Source: a virus (lineage: Duplodnaviria; Caudoviricetes). From it: a stretch of 60,606 bases of DNA. Below the pieces are notes generated by a model. It had not been told where the DNA came from. It saw only the letters and a program-made list of their open reading frames with translations, and searched no databases. Of this stretch, positions 44,097 to 54,650 are shown in pieces. The translations under genes and the position numbers were made by a program. Position 1 is the first letter of the stretch. The number at the start of each line of letters is the position of its first letter. The DNA lies in IMG/VR virus record IMGVR_UViG_3300037258_000158, positions 1-60,606 of that record; one strand, given 5' to 3'.

Positions 44097-44553
44097 TGAT
44101 CGCAGCCCTCAATGTTGGCATAATTTCAGGTTGGACCTTCGCCAGCGCATCAGCCAAAAAGCTCTTCGGCGGGAACGGGGGATGGGTTACGTGCTTGGCG
44201 AAAACATCCTCCCCGTTTATCTGGAACTTGAGCGCTTTTGCGTTCACAGCCTGGATCAGCCAGTCGTGGCCCACGCCCTCGAGAAGAAATTTGCCGTATG
44301 GAGCCTTGTCCGCGTCGAACCCAACGAAAACCGATACTTTGCTGGCCTCTTCCTCGACACGGACTTCTTGTGCCCTGAGTAGTGTGCCGGACTGAGATTT
44401 TAACATTCCGCCAGACAGATTCGCTTGAACTTCTTCGAGGACACGTTTGCCGATGGCAGTCATCGCCTCGACCGTACCCTTCTTCTGGCGGTCAGAAGCC
44501 TTCTGGAAATAGGCGATAACTCTATCGGTGCCAAGGACCTCGATGCGTATCAT
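44089..44553 (-). CDS. Neck/tail completion protein (HK97 gp10-like)
   Basis: LSG..L...SGTL...APYG...EG...KALKF...HP..P.KSFL..AL. Confidence 0.75.
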   Translation of the reverse strand: MIRIEVLGTDRVIAYFQKASDRQKKGTVEAMTAIGKRVLEEVQANLSGGMLKSQSGTLLRAQEVRVEEEASKVSVFVGFDADKAPYGKFLLEGVGHDWLIQAVNAKALKFQINGEDVFAKHVTHPPFPPKSFLADALAKVQPEIMPTLRAAINA

Positions 44554-45380
44554 GGCATGATGAACTCCACACGACGGTATTCGCGCAGACCATCCATCGC
44601 GAGTGTCGGTATCGCCGCCATATCGTATGCCGTCGTCTCACCGGCCAGAGTCTTGGACCGCTCACCGATACGGCCACGGCGATTGATCGCATTGATCACG
44701 GTGATGATACAAGCGTCCTGAATGTCCTGAGGTGTGTATCCGTAGCTGATATTCATGGCGACATTATCGCCGTCGTTGAATTGATAGAAACCATCTGGTC
44801 CAGCAGGCGGAATATACTGTCCGACCGTTGGCGCTGACGCGACGGGCGTGAGCAGCACTCCCGACGAGACATATGCTACGGACCAGTTGACCGACAGTAG
44901 TTGCGACAGTGCAGAACACTGAACCTGGAAGCTGCTATCCGGCGTCTGCTGTTCGGCAGGTGCCAGAAAACCGGCCGTATATCCGATTGTCACATTCTGC
45001 ACATCGTCGCAGAAATCATAGCCGCGGAGATACACGGTTCCTGTGTTGAGGATGGGATCAGGGTTTTGATCCCACGTGAATCCCCACGCGCAAGGATTCG
45101 TTGGCACGATCGCAGGGACTTGGCACATGCCGATAGTCACTGAACTTACGGTCATCAGAGGTCTGTTCCGTAAGGTCATTGAGCATTGGCCGGTTCCATT
45201 CCGAATTTCTGTATAAATTTTCGGCATCAACGTCCGTTCAAGGACGCGATTCAGGATGAATTGCGAACAGGCAGTGATCTCACGCTGCAACTGCGGATCG
45301 AGTGTGTTGGTAGTGAACGCTGGATCGCGCCACGCCTTCACATTCGCCAGCGTCGTGAGATCACCAATCCTGCCCGGCAT
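44550..45380 (-). CDS. Head-tail adaptor protein
   Basis: DLTTLANVKAW, NVTIGYTAG, PQDIQDAC, L..YRR. Confidence 0.82.
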   Translation of the reverse strand: MPGRIGDLTTLANVKAWRDPAFTTNTLDPQLQREITACSQFILNRVLERTLMPKIYTEIRNGTGQCSMTLRNRPLMTVSSVTIGMCQVPAIVPTNPCAWGFTWDQNPDPILNTGTVYLRGYDFCDDVQNVTIGYTAGFLAPAEQQTPDSSFQVQCSALSQLLSVNWSVAYVSSGVLLTPVASAPTVGQYIPPAGPDGFYQFNDGDNVAMNISYGYTPQDIQDACIITVINAINRRGRIGERSKTLAGETTAYDMAAIPTLAMDGLREYRRVEFIMP

Positions 45381-45383
45381 GGG

Positions 45384-45569
45384 TTAGTCCTCGTGTTCGT
45401 TTTCGAACTCTTCAAAACTCTTCAGCGCAGGCCCAAGAGGCTTGAACTTGAGTTTGACGAGTCGGTCATTGAGACGAGCAGGCGCATCGATGACGCCTTC
45501 CAAATCGGCATCGTACTGAATGTGGTCAAGGACCACGGCATCTGTTCCTTTGGGACATTGAAATCGCAT
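45384..45569 (-). CDS. Small head-associated protein
   Basis: AAGGAG RBS; follows major capsid gene. Confidence 0.6.
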   Translation of the reverse strand: MRFQCPKGTDAVVLDHIQYDADLEGVIDAPARLNDRLVKLKFKPLGPALKSFEEFENEHED

Positions 45570-45635
45570 GTATCTCTCCTTAGCGGTACTCGACGCGATG
45601 TAAGGGAGCAACACCGCGCCGAGCACCTAGCCGAC

Positions 45636-47264
45636 TTAGAACGAGGGGGTCCCCGCAGTCGGATTGAGGTTGGTGATGGTGGCGAAGGCCGGAGTGAAGT
45701 TGCACTCGAAAACTTCGTCCACGTAGACACCGTATTCGTACCGACGAGTACGGAGCGGCCATTCGATCTGGTAGTAATCCTGCCGCACACGAGCCTGGAG
45801 GATGTTCGCGACACCCGACAGTTCGTAGTGGATCAGGTCGGACCATAACAAGATGGTGCCCGGAGGAAGGTACGGATGGACCTCGATATCCAGGGTATTC
45901 CCGAAGAACTTATTGAGATAGGACGTTACTCGACGTCCTGCCACAATTCGGCCGGTTTCTGCTTCAGCATCGAACAGGATGCGGAACTGAGCCGCAGCGT
46001 TCTGACCGAAGAAGGTGCCAAGGAAGTTGGCGATATCGGTGGACGACATAAAGATCTTGTCGTAACCGATCTTGTACTGATCGAATGCCGCCTGGAGCAC
46101 GACATCGAATTCCTCGATGTTGGTGCCGCTGATGGTGAGACCAGTATTCGCGTTGTCCTTGGTGTAGACGATCGAACCGCCGGTGGATAGAGCGATGGTA
46201 TCGCCCGCAGTGACCACGGTCGGCAGATTCGGGTTCGTATACATGGTCGTGCTATAGCCGGATCCGAACACAGAACCATAGATCTGGCTGAGGATACCAT
46301 CCGGAACCAGAGTGTTGGTCGAGTTGTCCTGATATGCGCCACCAACTTTGAGGCTGGTGACCGGCTGATTCGTCGCAGCCGGGTTCTTGGTGAAGTTTGC
46401 CTGATTGGCCTGTGTGAGGCCGGCGAAGACTTCCGCACCGGAGGCAGTACCGACGAACCAAGCATACCCGACCGCGCCGATGACAGGAGTGACCGTTGCA
46501 GTCACGACCTGCGTCGCACCGACCGAAGCGATATTGGCTTCGACTGATGGCTGAGCAGAACCACCACCAAAGGTATCGGTGGAACCATCCGCGTTGACCT
46601 TGGTCACCTGACCAAGGATACCACCGGTCATCGTCGAGTTATTCCACGGCGTGTATGTCTGCCAGCCGAAACCGGACAGTGCGACGCAGATAACGTAGAC
46701 GGTGACGGTGCCTCCCCATGCACCGGTCGTACCACCCTTCGTGAGAGAAGGAGTTGGTGTCGTACCGAGCGGAGTCGAAGCGTTGCCGAGGACCAGAGTC
46801 TGTTCTTCACCGATCATGGTGGAGCGCAGAGTAGAGATCGACGCCGTACCCAGAGCATCGGGTCGCAGGTTCTTCGCAGCCGAACGGGCTTCGAAGGTCG
46901 TGCTGGACTCGAGACCGAGTGTCTTGTACGAAGACACCTGATCCTGCTCTTGGATGGCAATGCGAGCGCCGCGATTGCCTTCCGACACGCCGAGCGAGAT
47001 ATTCTGCGTGTTAACGGCGGTGATACGCTTCCAGTGGTGAGCCGTGCCGCCATCGCCAGGAACACGAGGGAGCCTGGAGATCAGCGGAATTAGCTCTTTG
47101 AACGGATACATGAACTGGACGACCGGGGAGAGGTCGTACCAGACAAGACCCGTTGCCTGACTGATGGTGTCGGCCTTGGACAGGTCGAAACCAAGTTTCG
47201 TTCCCAGACCTTTGAGGAAGTCCTGGTCCTGAAGCAGTTCCTGAATGAGGGCGTTGTTATTCAT
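45636..47264 (-). CDS. Major capsid protein (HK97 fold, with large insertion)
   Basis: 542 aa after protease; GL..YDL..YP..LPRVPG.GG...WK; VHPYLPPGT; strong RBS. Confidence 0.85.
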   Translation of the reverse strand: MNNNALIQELLQDQDFLKGLGTKLGFDLSKADTISQATGLVWYDLSPVVQFMYPFKELIPLISRLPRVPGDGGTAHHWKRITAVNTQNISLGVSEGNRGARIAIQEQDQVSSYKTLGLESSTTFEARSAAKNLRPDALGTASISTLRSTMIGEEQTLVLGNASTPLGTTPTPSLTKGGTTGAWGGTVTVYVICVALSGFGWQTYTPWNNSTMTGGILGQVTKVNADGSTDTFGGGSAQPSVEANIASVGATQVVTATVTPVIGAVGYAWFVGTASGAEVFAGLTQANQANFTKNPAATNQPVTSLKVGGAYQDNSTNTLVPDGILSQIYGSVFGSGYSTTMYTNPNLPTVVTAGDTIALSTGGSIVYTKDNANTGLTISGTNIEEFDVVLQAAFDQYKIGYDKIFMSSTDIANFLGTFFGQNAAAQFRILFDAEAETGRIVAGRRVTSYLNKFFGNTLDIEVHPYLPPGTILLWSDLIHYELSGVANILQARVRQDYYQIEWPLRTRRYEYGVYVDEVFECNFTPAFATITNLNPTAGTPSF

Positions 47265-47282
47265 CTAAACTTGTGCTCCTTC

Positions 47283-49298
47283 TTAGGCCGAGGCGCGCTT
47301 CAGGCCAGCCGCACCACGAAATTCAGGATCGAACAACGACTTGGCGAACGTGCTTCGGTTGTCGATCATGTTCTGAATCATGTGGGCTGCTGCCTTTCGA
47401 CGAGCTGCCGGATCCATTTGGTCGGCGAGTTCGACACCATCAAGCAGGAGCGCTGCGCGGGACGGTGTCTTCCCGTTTGCGCTTTCCTCGATGATAGCTC
47501 CCTTGTCGTAGGTCTGCATCAGTGCCGCCTTGCGCGGTGATGCAGGCGTACGACTCAGAAGTATGGTAAGATCGCCGACCTGCTTCTCCAGCAATCCCGC
47601 TTTGGTTTCGGCAACCGCTGCCTTGACCATTGCTTCGACTTGCGCCGCAGTCATCATGCCGTTGCCCGGAGCAACCCGCGCAGATGCACGATAGGGTTCG
47701 TCGGCTTCGTACCACGGGACCTCACCCTCGGTCATGTGGCTCTGGCTGATGGAACTCAGGCCCTCAGTGTTCGCACCTTCACCCGGTGCTGTCACGTCGG
47801 CTGACTTCTCCATATGATGATTGGCCAGATCCATGTGATCGGCAGCTTCGGCGAAGTGACCGTGCGCCTTTTCGAGGTGACCCATGACGGCGGCGTGACT
47901 GAACCCGTCCTTCGCGGCCTTTTCGGTGTCTTCTTCATTGGCAGCACACATCTTCGCTGCCTTTCCCATGCACTTCATTCCGGCCATGTGTGCTTCTGCG
48001 GCCTTGTGCAGATGATGAGCAGCCTTCGCCATGTGACCACGGGCGGCCTTCGAAGCCCGCTTGGCGAGATCGCTCGTGCTTGACGAAAGCGACATGATTG
48101 CAACCTCTTTTTCACCGAGCATGTAGCTCGTAAGATCGTCCGCATCAGTAAGATACAGAGCCTCGGACGCTTCATGCTCTGCCTTCTCGCTGATTACGGA
48201 CGCGAGCTCCGCGGCGACATGGCCTAGACGTTGCGCGAGCGCCGCGTCATCACCATCTTTTTCAATTGCGCCTTCTACCAGCAGCCGACGCTGACATTGG
48301 CGAATGTTTGAAAAGGCGTATGCGAGATCGGCGACAGTGCCGAGCCCCTTTGCTAAACGATCACCCACTTCCGTGGGAATCTGTAGCATGGTTGGAGCCG
48401 CCTTGGCAAGGAGACCAAGGTGTTTCCACTCAAAAGCTTCCTGATCGACTTCTTTGAGGAAGTTGACCATGACACTTTTCTCCGTCTGCGAGCTGCCTTC
48501 CCAATCGGCAGGAAGAAGGTGCGTCGCTCCCAGGCGCTTGGCCTGTTGAATGATGTGCTTCTTCGTTGCTTCAGGATTCTTGGCTCGACCGAACGCCTGA
48601 ACAGCGTTCTTGACATCATGCTCATTCTCGATGGGATATCCTCCACCGGGCATGGCATGACCTTTTTCCTCTGCTTCCTTGCGCTGCGCGGTCGAGAAGT
48701 CGCGCTTGCAGAGTTTCACGTACTCGGCGTCACCGTAAGGATCATCGACGAGCGCAGTTGGTTCCGTCCTTGGTGAACTCACTGAGTTCATCAACTTTGA
48801 AACCATCTTACGGAGGAAAGAAGTTTCACTTTCCTCTTCCTCCGTCGCCCCGAGCACGAGACCTTTCGCCATTTTCACGGCGTCTATCCTGCAATCAGGG
48901 TTCGCCGGCCGATCGACCAAACTGATTTCAATAAGTTCGATGGCAGTGATGACATCGCCCTTCTTCGTCAGCTTTTTACCGCCGATACTGAAACCCTTCA
49001 GGACTTCATGGTCCAGAAGATTGATGGCGTCAGGATCGACGATCTTGCCGGTGATATAGAGACCCTTGTTATCGACATGAGCCTCTTTCGTTGTACCGAT
49101 GGCGATAGGCTGATGCATGAGGCGAAGATTTCGCCATTCCATGTATGCCGGAACCGCAGCCTTTACCGCGTCGATCGAAACGATCTCGCCATCAAGATCT
49201 TTCGTCGGCGTGGAGGCATAGCCTGTCACTATGCGCGATCCGTCATCGCCTTTCTCCACCTTGGAGAAGGGCATGTAGAAGTTGAATTCTCCGTCCAT
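47283..49298 (-). CDS. Prohead protease (HK97-type) fused to scaffold-like region
   Basis: VTGYAS..DLDGE, LRLMH, LKGFSIGG, EISLVDRPANP. Confidence 0.9.
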   Translation of the reverse strand: MDGEFNFYMPFSKVEKGDDGSRIVTGYASTPTKDLDGEIVSIDAVKAAVPAYMEWRNLRLMHQPIAIGTTKEAHVDNKGLYITGKIVDPDAINLLDHEVLKGFSIGGKKLTKKGDVITAIELIEISLVDRPANPDCRIDAVKMAKGLVLGATEEEESETSFLRKMVSKLMNSVSSPRTEPTALVDDPYGDAEYVKLCKRDFSTAQRKEAEEKGHAMPGGGYPIENEHDVKNAVQAFGRAKNPEATKKHIIQQAKRLGATHLLPADWEGSSQTEKSVMVNFLKEVDQEAFEWKHLGLLAKAAPTMLQIPTEVGDRLAKGLGTVADLAYAFSNIRQCQRRLLVEGAIEKDGDDAALAQRLGHVAAELASVISEKAEHEASEALYLTDADDLTSYMLGEKEVAIMSLSSSTSDLAKRASKAARGHMAKAAHHLHKAAEAHMAGMKCMGKAAKMCAANEEDTEKAAKDGFSHAAVMGHLEKAHGHFAEAADHMDLANHHMEKSADVTAPGEGANTEGLSSISQSHMTEGEVPWYEADEPYRASARVAPGNGMMTAAQVEAMVKAAVAETKAGLLEKQVGDLTILLSRTPASPRKAALMQTYDKGAIIEESANGKTPSRAALLLDGVELADQMDPAARRKAAAHMIQNMIDNRSTFAKSLFDPEFRGAAGLKRASA

Positions 49299-49309
49299 GG
49301 CAGACTCCT

Positions 49310-49879
49310 TTACGCGCCCGTGAGCGACAGGACCCTGTAGTAAGCCGTGACTTCAACGGGAGTCGTGCCGACTGACGGGTTCGTGGTGATAGCGGCGATA
49401 TCGACGCCCAGATTGACAAGCGATCCGATACTCTGGTTCGCGCCGCTGTGAGAGTTGATGCCAGCGAGACCGTAGGAATAGGCTGTGCCGTTGATGAACG
49501 GATCCGCCGCATTCGCATACGAACCATCGGCCGCTGTCGTGGTCCCGTGATACGCGAGACCTGCGCCGTCGGCCTGAGTATAGGCGCCGGTTCCCTTGTA
49601 GAAGACGTGTTCGACAACGACAAGGAAACCCGATCCCGGTGCCGGGATAAGGTTGATCGGCGTTGTGAACAGCGCGAGAACTTGCGCCGATGTAAGCGTC
49701 ACGGTCGCCGAAAGAGGCGCGAACGAGAAGCCCAACTGAAGAAGCGCCGAGACATCCTGCGTCGCAGCCTGGATGTTCCCTGCCGCATCTGGCTGATAGT
49801 TTGTGCCCGAGGGCACATACCCGGATGTTTGAAACAGACCCCCAGAATAAGAGGGGGCTTTGAGCGTAACAGTAGTCAT
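49310..49879 (-). CDS. Head decoration-like protein
   Basis: VTLTSAQVLALFTTPINLIPAPGSG motif; between portal and protease. Confidence 0.65.
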   Translation of the reverse strand: MTTVTLKAPSYSGGLFQTSGYVPSGTNYQPDAAGNIQAATQDVSALLQLGFSFAPLSATVTLTSAQVLALFTTPINLIPAPGSGFLVVVEHVFYKGTGAYTQADGAGLAYHGTTTAADGSYANAADPFINGTAYSYGLAGINSHSGANQSIGSLVNLGVDIAAITTNPSVGTTPVEVTAYYRVLSLTGA

Positions 49880-49891
49880 TTCATACTCCTA

Positions 49892-51442
49892 TCAGGCAGC
49901 GCCACCTCTTGTCGCACCGCTCTGCCTGCGAGCGGGTGCTGGTGTCTTTGTAGGAGGGATTGCCGGTTGAGCTGGCTGAATCGTTTTGCCAATCATCGTA
50001 ATCGGCAACGGTCCCTGAGTAGTGTCGATCGAAATAACTTCGCCGCCGGGAACTGCGCCAAGACCAAGTTGATCGCGCCCCTCGTTTCTGGACATAACAC
50101 CTTCTTTGACGTAGCCAGTGATGATCTGCATCTGCTTCTGCTGATCAACTTCAGGATTCGGCAAGAAGTTGTACTCAATTTCATCGAACCCGAACCCGAC
50201 GTCAGGGTCCTGGATGATCATGTCCATGACCTCTTCCTTGAAGTGAGTCATCAAGGGATGGAGGCCTTCTTCCTCGGCAGTTTCCTGTGCGGTCTGTGCC
50301 GTGGCTCTATTGACTTGGCGCGTGAACGGTGTCGGCGGAATGCTGAACGCGAAGCAAACCAATCGCGCCCACCATTCATCGATATCGGCCTTCAAGCCTT
50401 CGCCGTTGGCGTTCTTAATGTCGAACGGCTTCATTCCGCCCGGCATAAACTTCACGCGCGATTTCAGCTTCGTATTGCCAGCCATCATGGCGTCGAAGTT
50501 CGCTTGGAATTGAACGACCTGAGCCGGACCCCATGTATCCGGCACGGTTACGATCAATTCCGGCATGGAACCCTGCGTCCAGAAGTCAATCTGGTACAGA
50601 AGTCGCTTCAACGCGGCCGTGATCTCGAAGTAAATCTGCTCAACCGGCGAATAACCGTAGATCGGCAATTCCGGAGTCGGGCGCATGGGCGTATAGAGTA
50701 ATTCGTTCTCCGACAGATTGACCATCGGCAAACCCTTGATGATCTGCTGGAAAGCAGGATCGGGTGCCGTCGGGCGGCGACCAGCATCGTCGATCAAGGG
50801 TTTAATGGTCGTACCATCCAGCACATCGAGTCCAATCGGCATACCCGTGATCGACTTCCAGATGTAGATGGCAGGCGCATCCGTGACCAGAAGGTCATCC
50901 AAATACAGACGACGCCACTTGCTGAACGTGTTCTTGCCGTCGGGCCGACGAAAGAAATCATGCAACTGATCAATGTACTTCGATTTCTTGCGCGGCGCTC
51001 CCTTAACCTGGAACTCCCAAGGGATACGCATGAACTGATCCTTGCGGGTCTCGATCACGGTCGACAAGAGTCCCCACCCCCGGCGCATGAGACGGAGTTG
51101 TTCGAACAATGAAAGCCGAACAGGGTGAATGTCGAGGTTGAGGCCAACTCGATAATCAAAGGTACGAGGATACGTGACAGCCGGGGGGCCGTAGGGTCGA
51201 ACCGGCTGGAACGGACTGAAGAAGTTGTTCGCGTCCAGTTCTTCGATGGCCTCACGGACGTACGAGCGCGCCATTTCCTTATAGGCATTCGTGTCCTGCA
51301 TCGACTGCTGATTATTCTTGAAACCAGCGTTCGCAGGTGTACGAGGAACAGGGCCGGTGACGGCAGGCATCGCAGTAACTTTCGCGCCTGGAGTAGTCCC
51401 GGGATATTTGGTCAGGTTGCTGCGCTTCTTTCGCTTGGACAT
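49892..51442 (-). CDS. Portal protein
   Basis: IETRKDQ, D.L..DA, DGTTIKPLID, YGYSPVEQ, VCFAFSIPP, NEGR..LGL..VPGG. Confidence 0.92.
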   Translation of the reverse strand: MSKRKKRSNLTKYPGTTPGAKVTAMPAVTGPVPRTPANAGFKNNQQSMQDTNAYKEMARSYVREAIEELDANNFFSPFQPVRPYGPPAVTYPRTFDYRVGLNLDIHPVRLSLFEQLRLMRRGWGLLSTVIETRKDQFMRIPWEFQVKGAPRKKSKYIDQLHDFFRRPDGKNTFSKWRRLYLDDLLVTDAPAIYIWKSITGMPIGLDVLDGTTIKPLIDDAGRRPTAPDPAFQQIIKGLPMVNLSENELLYTPMRPTPELPIYGYSPVEQIYFEITAALKRLLYQIDFWTQGSMPELIVTVPDTWGPAQVVQFQANFDAMMAGNTKLKSRVKFMPGGMKPFDIKNANGEGLKADIDEWWARLVCFAFSIPPTPFTRQVNRATAQTAQETAEEEGLHPLMTHFKEEVMDMIIQDPDVGFGFDEIEYNFLPNPEVDQQKQMQIITGYVKEGVMSRNEGRDQLGLGAVPGGEVISIDTTQGPLPITMIGKTIQPAQPAIPPTKTPAPARRQSGATRGGAA

Positions 51443-51927
51443 TATGTGTGCCACCGAACTATAAGTTTCCCGCCCGTAGTGTTCGTCCCACCTGTATTGT
51501 TGATCGTATTCGCTGCCGAAATGGTGAATTCGCCTGTGAGATCAATCACATCAGTGACCGCGATTCCTGCGCCAGGATAGTAGATGACCTCGAGCAAGGT
51601 GTTGGTCGTGGCGATACCGGTCACTGTATGATTACCTGCCGCCGCTCCTACGATGATTGCATGATCTAACGACGCGGCAGCAGGAAGTGCCTCCCATGAC
51701 GCGTCTGCATCGCTATTGGAATTCTTGGTCAAAACCTGACCTGTGGTTCCACCAGACGGAATTCCAAGGGCCGCTAGACCATTGGACAAAAATGCCGCTG
51801 CGTCGGTATCATCGACATTGCAAATACAATCCACTGGCACCGACCGGTACAGTGTTCTGGTATTTGAACCGACAAATGTGATACCAAGTTGCGAGTTAGG
51901 TTGGCGCAAGATAAGAAGTGTTTGCAT
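51442..51927 (-). CDS. Virion-associated protein (head fibre-like)
   Basis: PSGGTTGQVLTKNS..D...W motif; TAATG overlaps. Confidence 0.6.
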   Translation of the reverse strand: MQTLLILRQPNSQLGITFVGSNTRTLYRSVPVDCICNVDDTDAAAFLSNGLAALGIPSGGTTGQVLTKNSNSDADASWEALPAAASLDHAIIVGAAAGNHTVTGIATTNTLLEVIYYPGAGIAVTDVIDLTGEFTISAANTINNTGGTNTTGGKLIVRWHT

Positions 51928-52148
51928 TAGTTCGGTTTCATCCTTTCTTCGACGTAGCGAAGAAACCAATTCCGCTGCTCAGGTCGTATCTGGTCACAGA
52001 GTGTCTCGATGACAGATAAAACCATTTCGTCCGCGATGTGCCCTTCAAATTGTGGCAACTGTCTCCCAAACACCGCATTGAATGCGTGATGAGCGAACTC
52101 TTCGCGGTCGATTATTGTGGCAGAGCGGGGCATCTTCCAACGTGCCAT
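51927..52148 (-). CDS. Hypothetical protein
   Basis: Fills gap between terL and next gene; start uncertain. Confidence 0.5.
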   Translation of the reverse strand: MARWKMPRSATIIDREEFAHHAFNAVFGRQLPQFEGHIADEMVLSVIETLCDQIRPEQRNWFLRYVEERMKPN

Positions 52149-53680
52149 GAGTTTATGCCGTCAGTGATTCTCTGACCGACGACAGGTTGGCGACAATTTT
52201 GACAGATGTCGGCGTCATCGCCCATCGCACGAGCGTATGTGTCTTGATAGACTTTGGTCAGATCAGGATTTTCTGGATCTTCCGTGGATTTGGTGACCAG
52301 CGGCGCGTTCGGATTGCCGGTTTTCGCCAAATTCGCGTAGTGACTGATCCATTGCTGAGCCAAATCGTCCACGAACAGCTTCGAGAAACCCCAAACCATC
52401 GCATCCGCGCGGTCCGGACTACGTTCGCCGACAAAACCGCCCGGAGTGAAGGCACAGAGTTGATCTTCTAGCTCCGGACTGAACGTGGCGTGTCGGATTC
52501 GTCCTGTTTCGTAGACTCCGTGTCGCGAATAGAGAGCTGCGACGGGTGAGGCTCTAACGGCCTTTCCTCTGGATGCCGTAACCCCGATGAACGAGATCGC
52601 CGGGTCAACCATCCTGATAGTGTTTTCGACCATCGCCCCCCCGTAGTTTCGTTCACCGACCACATAGTCTGCTCCCCATTTACGATATTTTTGGACAACG
52701 ATACGGCCCCATTCTGCGGGACCGAATTTACCGCTCGCGTCCTCTAGTAAATAACCAAGACCATCGACGCCACGAGCACAGACAACGATACCGACTTCAT
52801 CGGATCGTTTGTCATCAGGACCTTCGCAACCAGAAGGGTCAACCGCGACCACAACTTCAGCCAAGTGGGGTAGATCTTTTTGATCTATCCGCCTTGCCTC
52901 GATCATATCATAATCCCAGAGGGCACCTTCGGCCTCCTCCTGGAACTCGCCCAACAAGAACCGGCGCTGATCTTTCTCCGGCAAGCTGCGTAGGATTTCC
53001 ATATATTCAGGGCTGATGTTAGCCAGATTTGAGTCCGGGTTCATCTGCGCGCTGATATAATTGTCCGGATGCAGAACTGCCCTCTTCGTAATCGGTTCGA
53101 TGTGCCTGAAGAACAGAGAATATGTCCAGTGGCCCTTCGATGGCGGGTTTTCGTCGTAATAGCAACGAAGTTTCAGGCCAGCTTTCTGGGATAAACGAGT
53201 GATGGCCTTGTTTCTTGAGCCGTAGGGAATTTGAGAGCACTCGTTAAGAAAGATAGAAGAATGCTCCTGGCCCAGAATCTTTTCAGTGCGTTCCTTGTCA
53301 TCCAAACCTCCGAACAGAAGTTTACCACCGCCCTTCGGTCGCATATACCAGTCACTGCGGTTGATCACATATTGCACGCCCGGAAACGAATGTTCCATCA
53401 CTGCGGGGAGGGTTTGGTCGATGATGGACTCTTTAAGGTGGTTGAATCGAAACCGTAGAATAGCGTGTGTAGATCGTGGCGAACGCATCGCACGCGCGAC
53501 AATAGCACGGCAAATGAGAAAAGTCTTACCTGAGCGACCGCCGCCTCGTAGGAGGATGTGGGTTGCGTCACTGGTCATCACCGTTTGATTTACGAGACGT
53601 TGTCGTTCGGTTAATTCGGAACCTTCCTTCCGAACTAGCCTTCGACCATTGACCATTTCTCTTACGAGCGCTTGGTTCAC
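52112..53680 (-). CDS. terL: Terminase large subunit
   Basis: GGGRSGKT Walker A, FLNE Walker B, NPP, VAVDPS nuclease, SPDRADA. Confidence 0.93.
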   Translation of the reverse strand: MNQALVREMVNGRRLVRKEGSELTERQRLVNQTVMTSDATHILLRGGGRSGKTFLICRAIVARAMRSPRSTHAILRFRFNHLKESIIDQTLPAVMEHSFPGVQYVINRSDWYMRPKGGGKLLFGGLDDKERTEKILGQEHSSIFLNECSQIPYGSRNKAITRLSQKAGLKLRCYYDENPPSKGHWTYSLFFRHIEPITKRAVLHPDNYISAQMNPDSNLANISPEYMEILRSLPEKDQRRFLLGEFQEEAEGALWDYDMIEARRIDQKDLPHLAEVVVAVDPSGCEGPDDKRSDEVGIVVCARGVDGLGYLLEDASGKFGPAEWGRIVVQKYRKWGADYVVGERNYGGAMVENTIRMVDPAISFIGVTASRGKAVRASPVAALYSRHGVYETGRIRHATFSPELEDQLCAFTPGGFVGERSPDRADAMVWGFSKLFVDDLAQQWISHYANLAKTGNPNAPLVTKSTEDPENPDLTKVYQDTYARAMGDDADICQNCRQPVVGQRITDGINSWHVGRCPALPQ

Positions 53681-53991
53681 AGTTTTGCGTCCTCCGGAGC
53701 CATGAGGATCGCGATCGGATTATCTTCATCGCCAGTGTGTTGGATAGATGCCATCTTAGGATGGATATACGGCGCGATATCGGTCGCCTGCGCGGCCGCA
53801 AGTTCTGCGCTGACAACGTCAATGATCGGCGCATCGACGGCGAGGCTTCCACCGGTCGCCAAGAACCAGTAATGTCGCATCAATCTGAGTTTCAGCGGGA
53901 TCGGCGCGATACCGGCTCGAACAGCCTCCTCCAGCGCCGCTTTCGCAGTATGAACCAACTCGCCTTCGAGCTTAACGCCACCCCGAGCCAT
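53677..53991 (-). CDS. terS: Terminase small subunit
   Basis: APYIHPKMASIQHTGDEDNPI motif; directly upstream of terL. Confidence 0.75.
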   Translation of the reverse strand: MARGGVKLEGELVHTAKAALEEAVRAGIAPIPLKLRLMRHYWFLATGGSLAVDAPIIDVVSAELAAAQATDIAPYIHPKMASIQHTGDEDNPIAILMAPEDAKL

Positions 53992-54650
53992 GACTCACCT
54001 GCCTGATAAACTCGTCGCATAGCACAAGTTAATGTTCAATAGCAAGTGGACGCTTTTTATCTTGGTTCAACAGGGGTAAAATAAGTTAATTCAAGGGATG
54101 GGTTTTCATCTAGTCTTAGGTGTGACCAAACGCAAACAGCGTGGAGGCGAAGCTATGATCAAACCATACCTGCAACAGAAGTCGGTCGTTCGGCCGTGGG
54201 TTGCCCGTCGTCTGGCTGACGTTGAAGGGTACATGCCAGAATAATAGGGAGGATAATGGATGACCGTTCTGCGTCGCGTGTTTGTGACTCCAATAAACCG
54301 CTTACTCTCAAACACGTATTTCTTGCGTATATGCGCGGGTCTCCATAAACGTATCAGTGATCTTGCGTTCTTGGGGACGACTGCGATACTGGATCATGGT
54401 GTGATCTGGACGGCGCTCGCTGTCATGCTGGCAATCGTAGTCGTAGCAGTGTTCTGCGTATTCTTTGAGACTAGAGGGGAAACTTAATGTCATCGTTTAT
54501 GCGGCAATACCGTCATCTTCATCACCTATACCGCATAGGTGCGATAACAAAGGAAGAACTCAATGAAAACATAGATCATCTTAGACAGAATATACGCGCG
54601 TTGATACTGGAAACCAAGAAAAATGAACAAGGCGTCTACGAGGTGATCAC

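Noticed and set aside
49448-50701. 417-aa plus-strand ORF
   Set aside because: Antisense shadow of portal and decoration genes; no motifs or RBS.
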